64,000 nucleotides of DNA from assembly GCF_001194135.2 (NCBI RefSeq), contig NC_068983.1, positions 76,126,321 to 76,190,320 on the forward strand, read 5' to 3'. The translations under genes and the position numbers were made by a program. Below are positions 41,369 through 55,387 of this stretch, piece by piece. Within the stretch, counting starts at the first letter, position 1, and each line of letters opens with the position of its first letter. The notes beneath the pieces were generated by a model. It did not search any database. It saw nothing but the letters and a program-made list of their open reading frames with translations, and was not told the origin of the DNA. Source of the stretch: Octopus bimaculoides. Lineage: Eukaryota.

Positions 41369-42025
41369 GTTGCGTGCTCTGGGGAACGAAGGAGTTGGAG
41401 CCGCCCGAGTGGCCCGAGTGACGGAGGCGCAACGAGGCAACAAACCCACCATTAGGTCTCTGAAAGATGAGCAGGGAGCGAATTACTCGAACCTGAACGT
41501 ATGTGTGAGGTCTTTCAATAAAACATTGCCCGACTATTCGGGACAACTGGTGGGTCAGAACGCGGAGTGGACTTTAGTGCCTACCTGCATAGCCTAGCCT
41601 GCCACGACTATCGGCAAGAGAGGCGGAGTGTTGTGAAAGACCCATCACAGCCGCGGACGTCCGGGATGCGATGGCTGGCTGCGCGGGAGACAAGTCGCCA
41701 AGCTTGGATTGCCTCCCCAATGAAATTTATTGTCATGTGCTAGACTCGTTTGGAAACGCCTTGGCAACTGTCTACTGCAACTAGCAGCAAAGCAGGAGTA
41801 TCTCAGTTTCTGTAAAGCGAGGAGTGGTGGCACTGCTAAAGAAAGAACCAAACAAGGGGAACGTCATAGATGACTTCAGGCCCATCACTCTGCTCAGCGC
41901 AGATTTGAAGATTTTGGCCAGGGTGTTAGCCGAGAGGTTGGCGTTTGTCATCGAGAAACTAGTCGACAAGGCGCAAACGAGCGCCGTGCCGGGTAGGAGT
42001 ACTCATGACAACCTCCATTTCATGG
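41369..42025 (+). mobile_element. Tx1-clade LINE, internal ORF2 fragment (EN-RT linker and RT N-terminus)
   Basis: TIRSLKDEQG linker motif; RT motifs ALLKK..DDFRPITLLSADLKILARVLAERL..LVDKAQTSAVPGRSTHDNL (ORF 41824-42111); breaks off at ~42025. Confidence 0.88.
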
Positions 42026-43279
42026 AGTCAGGTGTTTCGAGGAGAATATTGATGGCGGACATTGGTAAAATGATTTGTATGATTTGTATGAATTCGTATG
42101 AATTCGTATAATACGAAAAGAAAAGAAAGTTTATCTTTGTTGGCACCCACTTTGCCTCAGGGTGGAGAAAATCTTTGTAGTATATTACTGATTTTGTTAG
42201 AAATTGCATCCATGGTTACCGAGGCTTAAAGGTACAGAATTTGGTGTCTTGTGTCCTGCGATGGTCTTATGTCCCTATTATTGTATATTGTACTTTTATG
42301 GTTCAGTCCACCTACATTCATGCAGGCTCCGCAGGGTAGGAAATATCGCATATTCAAACGTAGCGCTGGCAAATTGGACTGATGTCTTGTTATCTTGCAA
42401 TGCTATGTCCAGTTTCTGAAGTGTGATAAATTTTGCATCGAGCAGACGTGACGATGTTGTCATTGGTGTTGTTTAGCTCCAGTTCAGCTTTAACAGAGCA
42501 TAGTTTACATCGCAGATATATTCTAAACAGAAACATTCCCTCTAGAGGATTAAGTACAACGATGTTTAATCAATATTTTCCATTTTCCGTTGTTAGAGTA
42601 CAAATTGAGACAGGTTAGTCTACTTTTCCTAGCTGGCCAAATGAATGCATGGTGGTGTCCTTTTTGGATCAACCAAACAAATGGCATATACACAGCAGGA
42701 AGATCAGATTTTATGAAGCTCCAAACGTTAGAATCCAAAACAAGAACCTCATCGCCAGTAGAGATTCTTTAGTTTTAAAGTGAAGTCTTGTTCAAATTTT
42801 TATCGCAATAGCGCCCAGCATTCAGATTCTCAATATGATGGGACAGACTCTGAAATATCATAAGAGTAAAATGTAATAACACGTCTCGTATAACTTAGAT
42901 AATCTATGTAAATGGAAATGTGGTTGATGCCTGATACAATTTTAAGATTGCAAGATTGCATGTTCTCTGCAATAGTTTCTCTCTGTCAATAATTTATATG
43001 TATTGATCATATTAACTTGCTTCTACGTGTCTATGTGCATGTGTGTGCAAGTGTGTGTATACTTGTTTGTGTGTGTGTTCTTTATTAAGCATTGTTTCTG
43101 GTATTAAGATTATCATAGGAGTCTAGTATTACGTAATGCTTTTATCAGCGAAGCAGTAGAGCAGATCGAAAATGCGTGTTACTGTTTATATTCAATATAT
43201 AAACAAGAATTAGTGACACACAGAAATGACTGAAATATTAAAAAAAAACCCCATCACATACGTGTAACGTGCGTTGCAA

Positions 43280-43310
<31 letters not shown>

Positions 43311-45154
43311 ATCAAAACTTTATGTGCTTACTCAAATCTCTTCAGAGAGTCTCTCAAAGTGTTAGGGAAAAAGACGAGAGAAACATAGATTCCAGGCTGT
43401 AATCCTGTTCTGAATATTTGCAAGAGAGTGGACGCTGTTAATAAGACGAAACATATCTTCAGAGATCATCTATCTAATTACCAAAATATTTCCGTCGTTT
43501 CGATGGTTTCTTTTTCATGCCCATCTTCAAGAACAAAACAAAATGGCCATAATTGTATAAAAAACATGACGTCAATTTTGTTTTCGATTTTTAGGGGACC
43601 CTTGACGTTGCAATCCTAAAGAATTAGAGAGGCGATAGGTCAGAGTGTGAATTGTCTTTTTTTTATATAAAGTTTAATGTGTATGATGCCTTTGACACAG
43701 GAACCGAACGAAGAAAAGGGGTCAACAATGATGTTATATCTCCACAAACCCGTTCAGCATCTCTCAGAATATATCATGTTTTCAAAATTATGGATGCTAG
43801 ATAAAAACAATAACAAATTTAACGTTATCTTAACTTTTCCCTCAATACAGTGTACATCGCTGTTAATCTGGAGGCTAAGTTCATCACTTTCACGAATCAA
43901 GCAATTAAATATAGGAAGTCTTGATGATAATATTTTGAACGAATATGGGCTCATCGAAGTCACAGGCAAATAGGAAATCAATGACGCAATTTTATTTATA
44001 TTCAGTCAAGCTAACTGCGGAATGCTGGGTAATATGTTTCAGTAATACATTATGACCATTTGGCAGAAAACCAAGATATAAAGTTTCAGCTGATTTTGCA
44101 TGGGTTTTGTACCGATTAAGTCTTTACATGGTCAACACTCAAAGGTTTTTTGTTAGATGAAGAATTATTTATGAATTATTAATAGCAAATTTTCTCTTTG
44201 AGCTGTAGAATATATCACCCCATTTTTACCTGTGCGACTGCAGTATAGTTTCTTTTAAATCTTTTAGGCATAATTGGATTTCAGTGTACTTTAGTATGAG
44301 AATTAGGAAAAGAAGCACAAGGAAGACTAATTTCATCCTTGTCACTTGATTTGTTACTTCTGCGTCAGTATTCGATCAAAACTGAGATTTGTTAGGTTGT
44401 GCGATTGTAATCCAACAGAATAGAATTGAACTCTTGATCTCATTCAATCATTCACATTCTTATTTCACTTCAAATAAATAATGCTTATTTAAATTCTGTT
44501 TCGCATTTACATTAACCGCGTCAAAAGTATGGCATGAATTAAATTATTCCTCCGGTACAGAAAAATGATATTGAATTAAAATCAGGCACAGTTAAGATTG
44601 CAAACAAGCTTCGAGGCACCAGATATAATAATACTGATAGTAATATATTTCAAGAAGATAAGCCATCTGACTGAATTAGAATAAATCATCTCTTTTAAAA
44701 GACGCCACTGTTTGTAAGTTTTAATTCGCAGAAGTCTAGACAATATCATGGATATTAACAATAAACGATATATACTAAGAGAAAATTAACATATGTTCCT
44801 TCCTGTGTGTTGGCTATAAAAGATATACGTTCGAGTGTTGGAAATAATGCATTGGCTCTTTTGATAGGAGATCATCTTGATTTTCTGTAGATATGCGTAA
44901 CTAAGTGTTTAGTGTTACCAAAAACAATTAATTGCTTCTGGTCAACATTTTTCGCCTGGAAAATGATATTTGTATGAGATTTATATCTCTGATAGTACAG
45001 GAATCCGTCTGTAAGTAAATTTACTTATATACAAACTACCTAAGATCTAGCTCGAAATAGTCACCATATATCCCTCAAACTACACTTCGCAGTCTTAGAG
45101 ACGTACACATTAGGTAATCAAGATTACAATAGTTCTTATAATAATAGTAATGGT

Positions 45155-45597
45155 TTCAAGTTTTGGCGTAATGTCAGCAATTTCGGGAGAGGAAATAAGT
45201 CGATTCCAACAGTTGAGTGTTCAACTGGTATTATCTTATCGACTTCGAAATGATGAAAGGTATAGTCTGTCTTGACTGTAGTTGAACTCGGAACCCAAAG
45301 ACAGACGAAATGCCACAGCACATTTTGTCCTCACGATTCTGCCAGCTCCCGGCTTTAATAATACCCATGGTTTCAAATTTTGCCTCAAAGGCAGCCATTT
45401 GGGGGTAGGGAATGAGTCGATTACATCAACCCCAGTGTTTCACTTGTACTTATTTTATCGACTCCGAAAGGATGAAAGGCAAAGACGACCTCGGCGAATT
45501 TGAACTCAGAATGTAGCGGTGGGCGAAATACTGCTAAGCATTTCGCCCGGCGTGCTAACGATTCTGCCAATGCACCGCCTTAATAATGATGATGATG

Positions 45598-45657
<60 letters not shown>

Positions 45658-45850
45658 GCACAAAGCCAACTATTTCAGAAGAGGAGGCAAGTAGGGTACA
45701 TCGATGTAATGATCTGTTACTACTCATTTTATTATTCCAGAGAGGATGAAAGCCAAAGCCGATCTAGGCGGAATTTGAACTCAGAATGTGACGAAATACT
45801 TAACGGCATTTCGTCCAGTGTGCTAACGATTCTGTTAGCTCACCGCCGTA
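45155..45850 (-). mobile_element. Three head-to-tail SINE family-1 copies separated by AAT/GAT repeats
   Basis: Copies at ~45155-45355, 45369-45581 and 45657-45850, each with aggatgaaagg..gaactcagaa..ctaacgattctg..caccgcc. Confidence 0.85.
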
Positions 45851-45867
45851 ATATTAGTAATAATAAC

Positions 45868-45903
<36 letters not shown>

Positions 45904-46919
45904 CATAATAATAAATATGGAAACTGAGAATTGAGATCGCCAAGTCGTAGATCGCCTCTACCTAAATTGAAAACAAGGAGATATAGGCTTAACATCGATC
46001 CAGATTGCCTTTGAATGTCATATCATATCCCCTCGACAACGATTTTTAACCACCAAGTGTTAAAGTGCATCCCTTGGCCAAATTTGTATAGGAGAGATAC
46101 AGATAACACCATGACACTTGGAAGCTAACTCCTTAAGAAACATTCCTTGCCGGTTAACCTTTAATATACATACCCAAAGATATTGCACAGCGCTGCCGCA
46201 AATTATTATTAGGTGAAAGGATGAGTGTATATCAACAGAAGACATTGATATGTTAGTAGAAATCTTTTTCGACGATAACAGTAACATTGATAATCAAAGC
46301 AGTCTATCCTGAAGTAACGCCCGGATTACTAACTTTCACAAAGATATGCGTTTGCAGCCCAGGAACAGGAAATAGCAATCGAATACCGGATGATTACCGA
46401 AAAGGATAGAGAAGCGGGAAAAAATGTCAAATTTTATCCATTTACAAGAGAAGTCGCTACTAGTTACTTTTGAAGTCTTTGAAGTTTACCTGAAAAAAAA
46501 AATTCAGTTATTAATAAGAAAAGTTATAATTACTGTGTGCAAGATTTCACATATGCACACACACACACATACACACATTTGAATGGAGGGATTTTTTAAT
46601 TTTCACATACATATATTGAATCGTTAAATCATTGTAAACATTAATAGTCTGATCCTTAAAGAGTAGCACTTAGAATAATTTTACGAATATAAACAAATTT
46701 AAATGAGAAACAAATAAAGAATAAATAATCTTCTGATTTCCATGATATTTGAAACCAAATATTAACTTTCATGAATATGATTTTAAATGAGAAATTTTAA
46801 TAATTACAATGTTACAATATATACCATCGATTCTTTGTTGTTTAAGGGAGGGGACGAGCATGGTGTATGTAAGCGTTGTGTCCATGACAGAGAAAAAATT
46901 AGAGTTACGTGGAGAGAGA

Positions 46920-47002
<83 letters not shown>

Positions 47003-47676
47003 ATGAGGACATACAAAGGCAAAAATGGAAGAAAAACTGATGGAAAAGGAACAATACTGGTACTTCTACACAGTTATCCATCGCAACTACAAGTTTTTTG
47101 AGGTTTCCTTTATTGAATTATTTCTGTTTTGCTGTAGGAGGACTTCAGATCTAAGATTTTGGTCTTCCTGCATTGCTCTGGGATGATGTTCGATTTGTGT
47201 TAAAATTTTGAAAGAGATTTATTGAAAAACGGTAACGTTCTTTAAAGTGAAGCAGACATAAATCGACATGCGTGGGTATATGTGTTGGATGTGAAACTAC
47301 AGACATAACTAAAAAATCTAAAATTTGAAGGCAAAATACTTCTTTAACGATAGATTTGAGACGAGGCTGTAAGCCCTTGAGTCAATCATATAGCTATACA
47401 CCTAATAAATATCTCCACATTTATCTAGTGAGTTGTATTCCACTAAGAACACACGCGCAGTCTCTCTCTCCCTCCCTCCCCTCTCTCTCTTTCTCACACA
47501 AGCATCGCTTATTTAAGGCATTAATTACAACGGTCCGTATTCAGAATTGGTTTAAATAAACAACATTTAGTATTGCGTATTCCCAGAAGAATGTATATCT
47601 ATCTATCTATCTATCTATATGTCTGTCTGTCTGTCTGTATATATGTATGTATGTGTGTATGTATGTATGTATGTAT

Positions 47677-47723
<47 letters not shown>

Positions 47724-48177
47724 CACATATATATATAAATATATATATATNNNNNNNNNNNNNNNNNNNNNNNNNNNNNNNNNNNNNNNNNNNNNNNNNN
47801 NNNNNNNNNNNNNNNNNNNNNNNNNNNNNNNNNNNNNNNNNNNNNNNNNNNNNNNNNNNNNNNNNNNNNNNNNNNNNNNNNNNNNNNNNNNNNNNNNNNN
47901 NNNNNNNNNNNNNNNNNNNNNNNNNNNNNNNNNNNNNNNNNNNNNNNNNNNNNNNNNNNNNNNNNNNNNNNNNNNNNNNNNNNNNNNNNNNNNNNNNNNN
48001 NNNNNNNNNNNNNNNNNNNNNNNNNNNNNNNNNNNNNNNNNNNNNNNNNNNNNNNNNNNNNNNNNNNNNNNNNNNNNNNNNNNNNNNNNNNNNNNNNNNN
48101 NNNNNNNNNNNNNNNNNNNNNNNNNNNNNNNNNNNNNNNNNNNNNNNNNNNNNNNNNNNNNNNNNNNNNNNNNNNNN

Positions 48178-48216
<39 letters not shown>

Positions 48217-48244
48217 GTATATATATATTATTTCAGTCATTTCA

Positions 48245-48800
48245 AATCAGCTATTCGGCATGAAAAAAATCCGAGAACAAAGGTTCGAAAACTTTCATCA
48301 GAGCTCCATAGATATCGCACAACTGTTTTTGGACACCTGTAAAGAATTTCAAAAGCTAAGAAAACGGATAGGTTTCTTCCATACCAACTGAACGAAATTA
48401 AAAAGTACAGACGCCTCGAAGTGTACTCCTTATTGCTTTCTGAACTGGAAAAAGATCATTTTTTCATCTAATTATTACTTGTGATGAGAAATAAATACTC
48501 TTTGACAACAGCATGAGAATAGGAGAAGGATTAGTTGCAGGATAGTCAGCTAAACATTACCCAAACCCACCATTGTATCTTTAAAAGTTACTGGTCAGTC
48601 TATGGTGGTCTGTGAAGGGAGTTATTCATTATTCACTTTTGCAACAAGGAAAAACGGTAACAGCAGTATCGCATTGCCAGGAAATTGATTGTATGCAAGA
48701 GAATTTGAAAAAGAAGCAACCCAGACTAGTGAATAGAGACGGCCCAATTTTGCTCTACGACAATTCGTCTTCCCACTCCTCAAGCTACTGTCCAAAAATA
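48245..48800 (+). mobile_element. Mariner (DD34D-type) transposase remnant
   Basis: DRFLPYQLNE (WVPHEL-like), IITCDEK*ILFDN, KLLVSLWWSVKGVIHY..L..GKTVTA..CQEID..KQPRLVNRDGPILLYDN; stops and frameshifts; no TIRs seen. Confidence 0.9.
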
Positions 48801-49400
48801 TAAATAAAATCTTATTTATATTTCACCAACAATTTTCATCCTTTCACATACTTCATTATCTTTGTATTTTCATACCCTTCCATATACTTTCTCTATCTTT
48901 GTAATTATAATTATCCGTATTTTCTCCATAACGGATTTGATCCTAGAAGTGAATCCAAAACTATTTTAGAACTTGTTATTTCAGTATCTAAAACAATGGC
49001 ACAATTTCCCAATTTATATTGGTAAATGACTAGAGAAATGTAATATTTTATATTTATTTTTGATCCATGCCTATGACAAAATGAACTCACCAATATTTAG
49101 ATACCTCACTCATTGATTCATCACAATATTTCATTATTCTTAATCGTTATTCAACTTTGGAACAACAGAGCCTAAAAACGGCAAGAAACCCAGATAGTGG
49201 GACATTTTTGTGCCCACTAGAATTGAACCCAATTAACTTAGTTCTCATATTTCTCTCCTACCATTTTTGAACTAACCAGCTGTATAAATGTAAACACAAT
49301 TCCTTCTTCTTCCTTTCTTCCTTCCCTTCTCTTTTCCATTGACACTCCTTTCAGATACACAAACACACACGCACGCATACTTGCGCGCACGCACGCACGC

Positions 49401-49436
<36 letters not shown>

Positions 49437-52400
49437 CACACCCACACGCTTTCTCCTACTGAACAATGAAGCCAACGTTTTGAAAAAAAAAAACATTTCT
49501 TCCAAACACTGCCACCTGGTTTTGCCATTTTTAAAAGCCAAGAATAAACTTGTCATTGAAAGAACTGACNNNNNNNNNNNNNNNNNNNNNNNNNNNNNNN
49601 NNNNNNNNNNNNNNNNNNNNNNNNNNNNNNNNNNNNNNNNNNNNNNNNNNNNNNNNNNNNNNNNNNNNNNNNNNNNNNNNNNNNNNNNNNNNNNNNNNNN
49701 NNNNNNNNNNNNNNNNNNNNNNNNNNNNNNNNNNNNNNNNNNNNNNNNNNNNNNNNNNNNNNNNNNNNNNNNNNNNNNNNNNNNNNNNNNNNNNNNNNNN
49801 NNNNNNNNNNNNNNNNNNNNNNNNNNNNNNNNNNNNNNNNNNNNNNNNNNNNNNNNNNNNNNNNNNNNNNNNNNNNNNNNNNNNNNNNNNNNNNNNNNNN
49901 NNNNNNNNNNNNNNNNNNNNNNNNNNNNNNNNNNNNNNNNNNNNNNNNNNNNNATATATGTATGTATATATGTATGTATGTATGTATGTATGTGTGTGTA
50001 TGTGATTGTGTGTATTACAACTGTATTATTTATTTGTCGATAAGTCGTTGGTAAGCAATGCGAAGATGTTGCATTATAACAGCTTGTGTGGCCCCGTAGA
50101 GCCCACTAAAATTAGTAACCACTACGTTAGCTTGCAATGCTCTTACGGGCAAGTACTTTAAAATCGAATGAATTTCTGTATATTTTACTTATACATATTT
50201 TTAATTTCGTCTGCATCTACTACTTCTACACTGTAAATATTAAGATGGAAGAAGAAAAAATGGGAAACTTGTCGAAATTGCGCAGCTTTTCTAACAGGAA
50301 GACCATAAATGATAAGGATGTTTTGCCCATATAAATTTAATGATCTAACACAATTATTATTTAAGATAAATGCAGCAGAAAAGTTCGATGCACCATATAT
50401 ATGTATTCAGATGTTAATCACATTATATTGAAAACAGTTCCATTAGACTGGCAACATCCCAAATAAAACGAGCAAATTATCTTCATTATTTGCAACAATT
50501 TAACATGCAATAAACAATAGGTAATAATGGTAAATTATAAACATTTTCAGTGAATTCTAAGGTTGAAAATTCGCAGTGGACTCTGTAGCAATGTATATTA
50601 TGAGGCAAGTATTCCGGTGAACAGGATGCTAGTCTATTGCAAATACGTGTTCCAAGATCCTATTTTCTTTCTTTTTCTAATCTTCCGGGCATTTACTGGA
50701 ACATATAAAGTTAAGTGCCTTTCTTATGCGGAAATAACATTTCGGCAAAGATTCTGAATACACGAAGCACTAACTGGTTGTTAGGAAACTTCATCTGTTT
50801 TACCATTTCAAATAACATTTTTTTTATTTAAAAAGAATTGTAAAACTTGTATATTTATTAGCATGAAATTTAGACAAATCAAATTTTGAACAATTAATAT
50901 TTTGAGATGGACGAATTGAATGAATGTTGAATAAGCTATTAGAATATACGAGTAGTTGCCAATGATTCCACAACTATTTCTAAATCGCTTCTTATCAACC
51001 ATGACAAAAACAAGTACTGGCAAGCAGGTAACACAAATAAAGCAGTGCCAATATACTTATGTGCAGTTTATTAGTATATAATTGGAAATTAAATTTTATG
51101 TGCGTAAAATTCCCTTTTGCATTTCAATTTCTGATGGGGTGATGGAAATCAGATATAAGGTACTGTTCAGCTTTTTTGTCATTCCCAAATAATTTAATAT
51201 GGAAATGCACACAATGCACGGAACAACGATAAATCAATAAACACAAAGGTGTAGATTCAAAAGTGGGGTATTATACTGACACCACCCGTCCGCTGTTAAT
51301 GACACTATAAATGACGCTGTTAATGAAACTAAAGTGAATCATTTTCATAGTATCTTGTACATTGAATAATCTATTCGTAACATAGCATACTGTAACTTTC
51401 TATTCCGCATTTTATATTGTGAACCATGAAAGTAGATATTTCGGAATCCAAAAATAAGGGATACTGAAATTTTCTTCTCTGACTTTTTAACAATATCACC
51501 ATTTGGATTTGTAATTTACATTTTCCATATGGTTTCGCATTTGCTACCTCTGTTTATGTAGCATGCCTACATGTCAGCTACAATGACACTATATTGTACT
51601 GCATTTTATTATTATTCTATGTTTTGTAAAGCTGTGGTAGGAATAACGCAAACATACTGCATGAATCCAGGTGACGTTTCTGGCTAATAACTGATACCTA
51701 ACTTTTCATTTACATCTCTGGGATAGCGGAAAGAGTTTATGTACCACGTTTTACTGAAATAAACAGAAAATACCAAATTGTTTAACGTGCATTACCATAA
51801 AGTGTGTAGGGCTCTGCTGGAATTGCATTTATGGTATTCGTTTTCAGTTTGGTCTAGCTTTCGGCATCAAAGTACGTGTTTCCAATTATACCCTTCCATG
51901 ACAGCTAATTTCAACATTGGCCAAATGGTTTGTCATTTACTAATAGGAGATTTCTGAGAGGTGAAATGACATCGCTAATCCAATCCCCGCTGCTTTTCCC
52001 TTCTTCATATTTTCCACCAATCCATGGCTGTGGGCTGCATTTATTATAACGTTTTGTCATGCTAAGAATCGGTTAGCTAATTAGAGGTTGGTGTTCATTG
52101 CTCACCATACTGACAGATATATATATATATATATATATATANNNNNNNNNNNNNNNNNNNNNNNNNNNNNNNNNNNNNNNNNNNNNNNNNNNNNNNNNNN
52201 NNNNNNNNNNNNNNNNNNNNNNNNNNNNNNNNNNNNNNNNNNNNNNNNNNNNNNNNNNNNNNNNNNNNNNNNNNNNNNNNNNNNNNNNNNNNNNNNNNNN
52301 NNNNNNNNNNNNNNNNNNNNNNNNNNNNNNNNNNNNNNNNNNNNNNNNNNNNNNNNNNNNNNNNNNNNNNNNNNNNNNNNNNNNNNNNNNNNNNNNNNNN

Positions 52401-52469
52401 NNNNNNNNNNNNNNNNNNNTTGTGTAAACGTTCTTTAACTAGTTTGGCCAACATGGGTCAAGTTATATT

Positions 52470-52892
52470 CTTTTCTATTCTAGGTACAAGGCTCGAAATG
52501 TTGGGGGACGGATTAGATCGACCTCAGTTCGTAACTGGTACTTAATTTATCGTTCCCAAAAGGATGAAAGGCAAAGTCGACCTCCGCGGAATTTGAACTC
52601 AGAACGTAAAGACAGACAAAATACCGCTAAGCATTTCGCCTGGCGTGCTAACGTTTCTTATTTCTTTACTGCCCACAAGGGGCTACACACAGAGGGGACA
52701 GACAATTACAGACAAACGGAATAAATCAATTATATCAACTCCAGTGCGTAACTGGAACTTATTTAATCGACTCCAAAAGGATAAAAGGCAAAGTCGACCT
52801 CGGGCGGAATTTGAACTCAAAACGTAAAGACAGACCAAATACCACTAAGCATTTCGCCCGGTGTGCGCTAACGTTTCTGCCAGCTCACCGCC
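52470..52892 (-). mobile_element. Composite of two SINE family-1 copies; the right-hand copy has a Tx1-like 3' tail joined into the head of the left-hand copy
   Basis: Copy A (52658-52892) ends cccctctgtgtgtagccccttgtgggcagtaaagaaataa and joins gaaacgttagcacgcc, about position +16 of the family head, of copy B (52470-52657). Confidence 0.85.
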
Positions 52893-54710
52893 TTTGCTTC
52901 AAGTTATATTAGAAGAATAAAGAATAATTTCAACATTGATTAATATATAACGAAGAAATTAAATATCGTCCACCTGCTCTCTGGAAAACTAATTTTTGTC
53001 TGTTTTGATAATTTGTGTTCGGGCTGAGCCTAACTCTTTCATAAGAATTTAAAAGCCAATCAACACCTAATATAACTAAGTACCCTTGATTATCAAACAT
53101 TCTCAACATTATCAATATGACATATCGTTATAATTACTATATAAACATGTGGAAGTTTAAAGCTATTTATAATATAAATTATTATGCATCAAAAACCTAC
53201 GAATTAATGCAGTATTATTCCATTTATATGAGAAAGTAAAATATGAATGCTAAAACCATAAGTAATAAATCTAATTTATTTGAATACTTCAATGTATTGT
53301 TCCACATCTGGCCTGAATAAGAGTTCAGTCATGATAACATAGCAGGAACACTGAGTCTAGTTAATTTTGCCAGCTAATAAATGTTTCATTCATTGCATGC
53401 TCCGGTTGTATTCGTGGTTGGCTTCCAATTAGAAAGATATTGTCATTAATCTTAGCCCACTGAGAGCCAAGACATTTTGTATGTTATTACAACCTTTCCT
53501 TCGTCTAACAAGAACAGCTACTTTATTTTAGAATATATTTCAGAAAGTGGGGCGCTAAGCTCACGTCAAAAAATATGTTCAGTAGTACAAATTCTAACAG
53601 AAAAGAGCAAGACCCGTTGCACGAATTACATATTGATCTACATATTATGCCAAGATGTAACTAAAAGGGAGCGCTATATACGTGCGTAACATACATCTCA
53701 TCACGCCATCAATATGAACTTACGTAGCAATTAGTATAATTATATTATTAGATAATTATTTAGTTGATATTCTGTTTCTTTTGCCAATGAATTAGAAATA
53801 TACAAATAACCAATCTTCTATCATTATATTTCCAACGATGAAATTGTAACAGTGTATAACCTTCAGGTATTGTTAAAAGTACACCAAGTACATTGTTTCA
53901 TGATTCGAATACATTTTTACATTAGAACACCAAAGAACAGGCTGTACTTGACGATCCGTCTTTAATGGAAGATATTAAAGGTATTATAAGCAAATATATT
54001 CCTTTGAAAATTCCAGTTAAGTGTATTCGAATATGTATAGAATAATTATACGTTCTGACAAGAGTTTAGAAAAATCAGAAAAAATAACAATATAAAACAA
54101 AACAAGAGGGAAACGAAACGCAAATTCCAATTCAAAGAGAAATATTCAAAGTATTAACAGGATATTTAGATTGGTAAAATATATATTCATATTATATATG
54201 AAATTTCTGCAATTTCACACTTATTTAATCTTTACATAAATAATCAGTACATTCCTGCGTCTTTCCATTTGTGAAATGAGCATAATTTCGGAGAAAACAG
54301 AGACATGGAATATAATTGTGAAAGAGATGAAAAATATCCTGCAACATATTTAGCGAGTTTACTTGATACATGCGCGCATACCTACAAACATACATTCATG
54401 CTTGAAAGCATGCACACACACACACACACGCACACACACACGCACACACAAACACACATATATATATATTTATACAGATATATCCAGGTATATTTATCTG
54501 TAATTTGATAAAATAAAGAGTTCTCTGAGGATCCATTCTGGTTGAACATCTGTATGCATTTGGAACATCCATTACAGGGCTACAAACAACATAATGGTGA
54601 AACGCGCGTAGGAACTTTAATATTAACTTGTGTTTATCCTTACTTGTACTTTTACACAACATGCACGCACATACACACACAAATATGTAGGGATACACAC
54701 TCTCTCTCTT

Positions 54711-54759
<49 letters not shown>

Positions 54760-54773
54760 NNNNNNNNNNTCTT

Positions 54774-54835
<62 letters not shown>

Positions 54836-55079
54836 ATATATATACACACACACGCCCACGCTTATTCTCTCTCTCACACACACGCACATGGTTCGTGCTT
54901 ACAATCGATGCACATTACATAAATTTCCGACTCGAGTCGAATAGAAGAAACCACTCCAAATTCTTGTTATAGCAACAGTGCGACATAATGTAGGACTAGC
55001 TAGCTTGCATAAAACACAGTCGTATAATGTATAAAATGAAGTCAAATCAAGTAATAACATCTATTATTTTTATTAACGA

Positions 55080-55290
55080 GGTGGCAAGCTGGCTGTACCA
55101 TTAGTACGCCGGCCAAATTGCTTTGCGGCATTTCGACCGTCTCTAAGTTCTGAGTTCAAATTCCGCCGAGGTCGACTCTGCCATTCATCCCTTTTGGGAT
55201 TAGATAGAATATGTATCACTTGAACCTTGTCGATGTAATCGGCTTAGCTTCTCCTCAAAATTGTAGGGCTTGTAGCAAAAGCTGAAACCA
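55080..55290 (+). mobile_element. SINE family-1 copy with ordinary tail
   Basis: ggtggcaagctggc...gttctgagttcaaattccgccgaggtcgac...caaaattgtagggcttgtagcaaaagctgaaacc. Confidence 0.85.
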
Positions 55291-55318
55291 ATATTTTGAA
55301 TGTATGCACCACACCATA

Positions 55319-55387
<69 letters not shown>

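Noticed and set aside
43400-44700. Several protein-like short frames with acceptor sites
   Set aside because: Multiple mutually exclusive frames look equally plausible, as expected from random AT-rich sequence.
54680-54830. Repeated interrupted (CT)n pattern on both sides of a 10-N gap
   Set aside because: Same overlap-artefact signature.
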